A stretch of 64,000 bases of DNA from an uncultured Spirochaetota bacterium (GTDB taxonomy: Bacteria; Spirochaetota; Spirochaetia; SZUA-6; Fen-1364), in contig CAVUXE010000058.1 of NCBI GenBank assembly GCA_963745235.1, positions 111,805 through 175,804 on the forward strand. The letters run 5' to 3'. Every line of letters starts with the position of its first letter. Position 1 is the stretch's first letter. Positions 57,417 to 64,000 of the stretch are shown here, piece after piece. The notes beneath the pieces are model-generated. The model did not search any database and was not told the DNA's origin. It saw only the letters and a list, made by a program, of their open reading frames with translations. A program made the translations under genes and the position numbers.

Positions 57417-58415
57417 ATGAAAAGGCCGCTTTCGACGCTCGCGTTCGTCCTGTTCGCGCTGATTGCAGCGCAGACGGCGTCCGCCCAGTTCATGCCGAAG
57501 AAGATCTGGACACTGACCGTCGTCGCGAATGTCCCCGGGGCGGTCATCTACGTGGACAACCAGCAGGTCCCGGGAAACCAGACGAAGGTGACCGGCGGCG
57601 CGCACAACGTCAAGGTAATGGCGGATGGATATCTTGCCTTCAACGGCCCCGTGATGGTGAACGGAGACCAGACCTTCAATGTCACGCTCCAGCCGGCCCC
57701 GATCATTCAGCAGGTCCAGCCCGCGCAGCCGGCCGGTTTCCCCCTGTCGATCAACGTCAACATTCCCGGCGCCGCGGTGTTCGTGGACGGTTACCAGGTC
57801 CAGGGCGTCCCCCTTGTCGCCCCCGGACCTCATTCTGTCCAGGTTTCCGCCAACGGATACCAGGACTATTCCGCATCGGTGAACGTGGCAGGCCCCCTCG
57901 CGCTGAACGTCGTGTTGAACCCCCTTGGATTCCAGCTGACGGTCGCCTCCAACGTGCCGAACGCGGTTGTCATCGTGAACAACGTCGCAAAGGGAGGTGT
58001 CCCGTACTCCGAGATCCTGCCCCCTGACACGTACACCGTGCGCGTGTCGGCGCGGGGTTTCGTCGATTACATCGCCACTGTCTCCCTGGACAGGCCCATC
58101 GTCATCAACGCGCCGCTTTCCCCCGTCGTCCAGCCCTCCACACTCAGCTTTGTCATCCCGCAGCCCTACCATGACCCGGACATGCGCCCGGATGATCCCC
58201 GCTCGGAAGTGCGGATCTTCGTCGACGGGAGGCTTGTGAACCCGCGCAGGGACATGGAGCGCATCCCCGTGCAACCGGGACGGCACAGGATCAGGATCGC
58301 CTCCGGGGTGTTCAGCGTCGAGCTCGGGGACATGGATGTTCGGCCCGGGACAAGCTACGTGCTGGAGCTCGGGATGGATGTGAGAGTGCGCGCCGTCAAG
58401 GCCGGCTCATACTGA
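57417..58415 (+). CDS. PEGA repeat domain exported protein
   Basis: Repeated NVPGA.(I/V).VD....G.H.V.V.A.GY units. Confidence 0.88.
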   Translation: MKRPLSTLAFVLFALIAAQTASAQFMPKKIWTLTVVANVPGAVIYVDNQQVPGNQTKVTGGAHNVKVMADGYLAFNGPVMVNGDQTFNVTLQPAPIIQQVQPAQPAGFPLSINVNIPGAAVFVDGYQVQGVPLVAPGPHSVQVSANGYQDYSASVNVAGPLALNVVLNPLGFQLTVASNVPNAVVIVNNVAKGGVPYSEILPPDTYTVRVSARGFVDYIATVSLDRPIVINAPLSPVVQPSTLSFVIPQPYHDPDMRPDDPRSEVRIFVDGRLVNPRRDMERIPVQPGRHRIRIASGVFSVELGDMDVRPGTSYVLELGMDVRVRAVKAGSY

Positions 58416-58444
58416 GACACAACACGACAACAGGAGACACCCGC

Positions 58445-59338
58445 ATGCGCTTCACGCTCGCGCTCACCATGATGTTCCTGATTCCCGCTTCCCTGCTCCT
58501 GGCGGACACCCTCCCGGCGGCCGCGCAGGCTGACGACCTCCACGACCAGGGAAAGTTTGCGGAGGCCAGGGCTCTGCTGCTGGATGCAGCGGCCCAGTCG
58601 CCGGATGCCGCGGCGCAGGCAGAGCTCTACTGGCGCGTTGCGCGGGAGACGATCGAGCTCGGTGACCTGGCGGAAAAGGCCAGGAAGCCCACTGATGAGG
58701 TCCTTGGCTTCTTCGTGGAGGGAGAGGGGTATGCGGACAAGGCAATCGCGGCAGACCCCGCAAATGACCTGGGCTATTTCTGGAAGTCCGCGAACATCGG
58801 CCGGTGGGGGCAGGTGAAGGGGGTCTTCAACGCCCTGGGCAAGGCGGCCCCAATCAGGGACCTTCTCCTCAAGGTCCTTTCCATCAATCCTGAGCGTTCC
58901 GACGCGTACTTCGTTCTCGGACAGCTGTACCGAGAGCTCCCGGGCTGGCCTATTTCCTTCGGCAACACGGACTGGGCGGTCTCCCTTGGTCGGAAGGCCG
59001 TGGACCTGAACACGGCACAGGTGGCAGCGGGCAAGGAGAAAGACAGCAGCTACGATTTCTCCACGGAGCTTGCCAAGACGCTGCACCAGCGAGGCTGGTC
59101 AGCGGCCAATCGGCTGGCGGAGCAGAAGAAGAAGGTTGAAAAATACCAGGCTGCCCAGAGCGCCTTCGAGAAGGGCTGCTCCTACGAAGCGGCCGTGGAC
59201 TTGAAAAACGTCTCCGATGCGGAAGAAGCAAAGGAGATCGTTCAGCAGGTGGTGGCCTCCATGGAGAAGCTTCCCCACCTCACCACCGGTCAGGCCAAGG
59301 ATTTCCAGGCGGCGAAGGACACCCTCAAGGGGTGGTAG
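58445..59338 (+). CDS. Exported TPR-like protein
   Basis: Signal peptide, helical repeats, LGQLYRELPGWPISFGN. Confidence 0.78.
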   Translation: MRFTLALTMMFLIPASLLLADTLPAAAQADDLHDQGKFAEARALLLDAAAQSPDAAAQAELYWRVARETIELGDLAEKARKPTDEVLGFFVEGEGYADKAIAADPANDLGYFWKSANIGRWGQVKGVFNALGKAAPIRDLLLKVLSINPERSDAYFVLGQLYRELPGWPISFGNTDWAVSLGRKAVDLNTAQVAAGKEKDSSYDFSTELAKTLHQRGWSAANRLAEQKKKVEKYQAAQSAFEKGCSYEAAVDLKNVSDAEEAKEIVQQVVASMEKLPHLTTGQAKDFQAAKDTLKGW

Positions 59339-60699
59339 GCTCGTCGGGGGCACGCCCTGCGTCTGGGGCACACTCCGCGTTTGGCGCACGCCCGCCCTCG
59401 GGGGCAGCCTCCCGGGCACGCTCCGCGGAGGCAGGCGCCTCCCGGGCACGCTCCGCGGAGGCAGGCGCCTCCCCTCCATCCTTGCGACCCGCGCGCCGGG
59501 AGCGTGCCCGCGCCTCCATCTCCATGAGGCTCGCTTTCGTGAGGGAGACGTCCCCCATCTTCCTGCGGATCCTGAACACCGCCTCCTCCACCTTTTTTCT
59601 CCGTGAGAACTCGTCGGTGAACAGCTCGAGCTGGTCCTGAGCGTCCGCCGGGATCAGGTTGGAGAACCCGATCCCCACCAGGCGGATGGGCGTGCTGCCG
59701 TTCCATCGCGATCCCAGCAGCTCGCGGGCCACCTCGTCCAGCTCCTCCGCGGAAGAGATCCAGTGCTTGAGGGTCTTCTGCGCGTTGACGGTAGTGAAGT
59801 CATGGAAGCGCACTTTCAGCGCGGCCGTTTTCGACTTCCACCCTTCTTCGATCATGCGGAAAGTCACCTGGTGACACAGCTCGAGCAGGACCCGTTCGAT
59901 GCCTGTCCTGTCCTTCCTGTCTCTCTCGAAGGTCGTCTCACTTGAAAGCGACCTGCTGCGAGGCTCTTCGGAAAAGATCCCCGGGTCCGTGCCTCTGACC
60001 GCCCGGCTCAGGAAAGCAGCCGCGCCCGAACCGAACAGCCGCCCAAGCTCTCCCTCTGCGAACCCGCGCAGCTGGCTTACCGAGGTGATATTGAGCTCGG
60101 TGAGCCGTTGAAGGGTCTTCTCGCCGATGCCCCAGAGCTGAGAGAGGGGTACTTTGTCCAGGAACGACTCGGCGTCCGCCTCCTCCACCATGACCAGGCC
60201 GTCCGGTTTACCCGCGTTGGTTGCGAGCTTGGCCAGGTACTTGTTCGGCCCGATGCCCACCGAGATCACGAGCCCTGTTATCTGTTTCACCTCTGCCTTC
60301 AGGCGCCTCCCTGTTTCCAGCGGCGGGCCGAAGAGTCTTTCCGTTCCCGGTGAGGTCCAGGAATGCCTCGTCAACAGAAATCTGCTGCAGGTGAGGCGTG
60401 TAGCCCTGAAGGATGCCCATGACCTGGCGGGAAACCTCCATGTAACGGTCCATCCTCACGGGCAGGTATACCCCCTGCGGGCAGCGCCGATAGGCCTGGG
60501 AAATCGGCATGGCTGACCGGATGCCGAACCGCCGCGCCTCGTAGGAACAGGCAGACACCACTCCCCGCCGGCCCGGAGCCGCGCCCACGATGACCGGCTT
60601 GCCCGCCACGGATGGGTCGTCCCGCTGTTCCACGGAGGCGTAGAATGCATCCAGGTCGACGTGGAAGACGATGCTAACGTCTTTGTTAATTCTTACCAT
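59325..60699 (-). CDS. dinB: DNA polymerase IV (frameshift near 60345)
   Basis: HVDLDAFYASVE, SYEARRFG, SVDEAFLD, LAKLA, WGIG, KVRFHDF. Confidence 0.94.
59407..59473. repeat. 30-bp tandem repeat (2.2 copies) in the dinB 3' end
   Basis: GCCTCCCGGGCACGCTCCGCGGAGGCAGGC x2 + GCCTCCC; encodes APASAERARE. Confidence 0.9.
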
Positions 60700-61133
60700 G
60701 GATTTTCGTTCACAGCCTCCCCTTCGATTGAGACGCCTCGATACTAACCCTGTTTGAGCGGCAAGGAAAGTGTCCGGGCAAGACTAGTCAAAATGCGCCC
60801 TTCCGGAAGGCTTTATGGAAAGGTTCAAAGGGTGGGATCCGGGCGACCGCATGGGAGTTTGCCGAGTATTGAAGGTCGGGAGGAATCTAACGCTATCCTT
60901 CTTGCCGCTCTGGATGGAAAGCAGTAACCTGTACGTGTCTCGCCGAATTTCCAGTGGAGGGGAACACTGTGCGCTCCATAAAGAAATCAGTGAGACACCT
61001 GTCTCATAGGTCTTCGAGAGCGAAGAAATCACCAAAGAAAGGCAACGATATCTACTGGTTGCCGCTATCGCTGTGCCTGCGCTCATTCAGATTGCAAGGT
61101 GGATAGCAGGAAAGTAGGAAGAGGAGGTAACAA

Positions 61134-62242
61134 ATGTCTCAGAGATCCATTGGGTTACGAAGTGGATTTTCTCCCCGTAGGAGCCGGCGAAAAAATGTGG
61201 AGATGCAATAGCGGTTAGATTTGGCAACCTACTCGTAGACCCGCCGCAACAAAACGTCATTGTAATCGATGGCGGATATCAGGATTCGGGTGAGGCATTA
61301 GTCAAACACATAAATGGGTACTACAAAACAAATCATGTAGACATTGTTATCTCTACTCATCCCGACAATGACCATGCTTCGGGGCTGAGTGTTGTCCTAG
61401 AAAATTTAAAGGTGGATTATCTTCTGATGCATCTTCCGTGGAATCACACGCAAGACCTATCTGAGGCATTTCAGGATAGCCGAGTAACCGATGAGGGTGT
61501 AAGACGCGCGCTTCGTGAGTCTTTGGAAAGTGCAAGAAATCTAGAAAAAATCTCGAAGTCTAAAGGAATCAAGATTTTCGAACCATTTACAGGACTAACC
61601 GCTTTCGATGAAAAATTGCGGATCATAGGGCCGCCAAAGGATTACTATGAGAGCCTTCTCCCTGAATATAGAGAAATGCCTGAACCAAAGAACCCCTATC
61701 AGGTTTTCTTGGAGCGATTTTCCGCACAACTTACCAAAGATGAAAGTACCAGCGCCGCTGAGGATTGGTGGACGGAAACACTCGACGACGGCGGCACGAC
61801 TGAGGCAGAGAATAACTCAAGCGCTGTTACTTTACTGACAGTCGGCGACCATGATCTCCTATTTACGGGAGATGCAGGCATCCCTGCGTTGACCAATGCA
61901 GTTTCCGTTCTAAAGGCCAAGAGCTATGATTTCAATAGACTGACTTTCATTCAAATCCCTCACCATGGAAGTCATAGAAACATTTCTCCTGCATTATTGA
62001 ACATTCTGGTTGGACCAATAGTCGGACAACAGCTTCCGCGCAAGACAGCATTCGTCTCAGCAACAGTTAATAGTGCACCTAAGCACCCATCGAAGCAAGT
62101 TACCAATGCCTTTCTTCGTAGAGGCGCATCGGTTCATGGAACCCTTGGCATGCCAAAGTGCCACTACAATAACTCTCCTATCGCGGCGAGGGGATGGACA
62201 AACTCGGTTCCTATACAATTGCAGTCACCCGTAGAAACATAG
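61134..62242 (+). CDS. MBL-fold metallo-hydrolase, ComEC/Rec2-like (homopolymer frameshifts near 61152 and 61195)
   Basis: GAGGAGG SD; GYEVDFLPVG..GDAI, IDGG, STHPDNDH, NNSS, LFTGDAG, PHHGS, HPS motifs. Confidence 0.88.
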
Positions 62243-62250
62243 GACACACT

Positions 62251-62772
62251 ATGAAAGAACTTCTTGACAAGATTTCTTCCTACAACCTATTCAACTATCT
62301 TTTTCCCGGTGTCATCTTTGTGATAATTGGATCAAGGATCACTCACTACCAAATGTACAATCCTAATATTCTTTTGTTAGGCTTTGAGTGCTACTTCATA
62401 GGAATCGTCATAAGTCGAGTAGGTTCGCTTGTTGTGGAGGGGGTCCTAAAGAAGCTAAAAGTTCTTGAGTTTGCTCCCTACAAAAGCTTTGTTGAGGCAT
62501 CCATTAAGGACCCCAAAGTTGAACTTCTTTCGGAAGTAAATAATACCTTCCGTACTCTCTGTTCTCTAATGATCGTCCTTGTCCTGCTAAAGCTGTTTGA
62601 GTGGTTAGAACAGTCCGTTCGTGCTATCCATCTTTTGCGCTGGTACATACTATTAGTGCTGCTATTGGCGCTTTTCGTTTCTGCCTATTTCAAGCAAACA
62701 GGTTACGTTAGAAAACGTGTACTGATAGTTCAAAGCCAAAACACTACAGATGGACAAGAACGAAAAGGCTGA
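62251..62772 (+). CDS. Multi-pass membrane protein coupled to the MBL hydrolase
   Basis: Starts 8 nt after the MBL stop; about four hydrophobic segments; SSYNLFNYLFPG N-terminus. Confidence 0.85.
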   Translation: MKELLDKISSYNLFNYLFPGVIFVIIGSRITHYQMYNPNILLLGFECYFIGIVISRVGSLVVEGVLKKLKVLEFAPYKSFVEASIKDPKVELLSEVNNTFRTLCSLMIVLVLLKLFEWLEQSVRAIHLLRWYILLVLLLALFVSAYFKQTGYVRKRVLIVQSQNTTDGQERKG

Positions 62773-62803
62773 GCATCGTGCACATTCGGTATTCTCAAAT
62801 TAT

Positions 62804-63127
62804 TTAGGCTCGGACTTTTTTCAGAACAATCGGATTTGTAACCTCATACCTTGCCAGCAAGCGGTCTTTGAAATTCAGTAATACTACAAATATCCTCCCG
62901 GCTTCATCTATGTCATAGAATGAACGTCCAACACGATGCGCCTTGTCTTTCTTACAGGTTCGATACAACTGTTCTTCGGCTTTAGAAATGGCGTATTCCC
63001 ACCTAAATCCGCGATTTTTGAAGTAATTTTCGACCTGTCTATTCTTGCGAGTATTTTCTCGGTAAATCCTACTGGACAAAAAGCGAACTATATCTTCAAT
63101 ACGCATCCAAATCACTTTTGCTTCCAT
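62804..63127 (-). CDS. Small basic hypothetical protein
   Basis: 107-aa ORF with AGGAG SD upstream. Confidence 0.7.
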   Translation of the reverse strand: MEAKVIWMRIEDIVRFLSSRIYRENTRKNRQVENYFKNRGFRWEYAISKAEEQLYRTCKKDKAHRVGRSFYDIDEAGRIFVVLLNFKDRLLARYEVTNPIVLKKVRA

Positions 63128-63250
63128 TGTGGCTTCTCCTTTCTTATTAGTTATAGGGTCCGCCCCTCAAGGAATGTTGTGGGCAGTTCTTGACCTTCCA
63201 TGCAAACCTATTGGTCTGAGATTGCCGACTGCTCTGCCTGCGAAGCGGAA

Positions 63251-64000
63251 CTATTTGGACAAAATGTTCTTCACGGCATCCTTTATCGCTTTCGCTAGTT
63301 TGTTCATGTTGGCCTGTTTGCTACTCAACTCCCTTATTTGTTCTGCCGGTAGCACAAGTTCTCCGTTGATATAAAAACCGTCTCGCGCGGTTGAGAAGTA
63401 TTTCCTTATTGCGAATGGCCCCCGTCCAGACTTGTTGCTTGAATCTTCCTCTTTCTTCTTCTTTGGACGGAAAGCTTGTATTCCTCCTTGATATCGTCGA
63501 TTTTGTTGTCTCTAAGTTTGATGGCTATGCTGTCGATGAAACTCTTGTCTTTGGCGACACTGTTCGTCGTTTTTTCCCCTTTTTTGGCCTCATATTCCAA
63601 GATATCCGGAATAAGTACAAGTTTTTTCCGGTTGTTGTCAAAGTTGATCTTGCTGGCAAGCGCTCTAAAGACATCTGGATTTTGAAGAATAAGGCGACCG
63701 ACTTTTGCTTGTTCGTAAATGGAGGACTTTGAACCACCCTTGCCTTCAAGGTACGAAAATCGTCCGCGCATCTCTATATATTGATAGAATGATTTTGGAA
63801 CATCATCGTTCGCTGCCAACCCCAATTCTTCTCTCATCTTTGCTGAGAAATCGTCGATTCGCTTTTTCGCTTTCGTGTAGTTTGGTTTGGTCTGAATGGT
63901 ATCTATTCTTGACTGTTTCTTATCCTCTGTTAATTTCTTATTATTTGTTATGCTTTTTATTTTGGATTCAAAATCTTCAAAAGCTTTGCATTCGGAGCTG
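63251..64000 (-). CDS. Lys-rich hypothetical protein, 3' part (starts beyond window; probable frameshift near 63460)
   Basis: Frame of ORF 63406-63837 is open to the window edge; an alternative frame continues ...KAIKDAVKNILSK* to 63251. Confidence 0.6.

Larger units (their letters stand above)
60672..64000. mobile_element. Left part of an AT-rich genomic island abutting the dinB 5' end
   Basis: Sharp composition shift within the first codons of dinB, continuing to the window end; only accessory genes; no integrase in view. Confidence 0.7.

Noticed and set aside
59340-59475. Possible mini-CRISPR array
   Set aside because: The 30-bp units are directly adjacent with no spacers, and no cas genes are present
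61134-62242. Calling the MBL gene comEC or a beta-lactamase
   Set aside because: No competence membrane domain, no signal peptide, and the motif is HxDxDH in an island context

Overview
GC-rich bacterial chromosome segment, most likely from a free-living spirochaete (class Spirochaetia). This is inferred from the polA-coaE-SPOR order, fliS-flgN and spirochaete-type lipoproteins. Many housekeeping genes are split by single-base indels, which looks like uncorrected long-read error, so split genes are reported as single CDSs. Core content: a nuoA-B-CD-E-F-G complex I cluster preceded by menG/ubiE and a polyprenyl synthase; ppdK with a histone-H1-like tail; two divergently transcribed PEP-carboxykinase-family genes; a NifA-like activator followed by a sigma54 promoter and amtB-glnK; glycogen phosphorylase, aroDE, prs, polA, cysE-bshA and dinB. 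Two visibly AT-richer accessory regions stand out. The first (~42.9-46.0 kb) holds a sugar-permease remnant and an 822-aa unknown protein. The second starts inside the 5' end of dinB (~60.67 kb), runs off the window, and carries an MBL-fold hydrolase + membrane protein pair, the best candidate here for an undescribed (possibly anti-phage) system. Also notable: a PD-(D/E)XK-like gene inserted between polA and coaE, many apparently leaderless genes, and a probable CTG start codon. No rRNA, tRNA or CRISPR array was seen.
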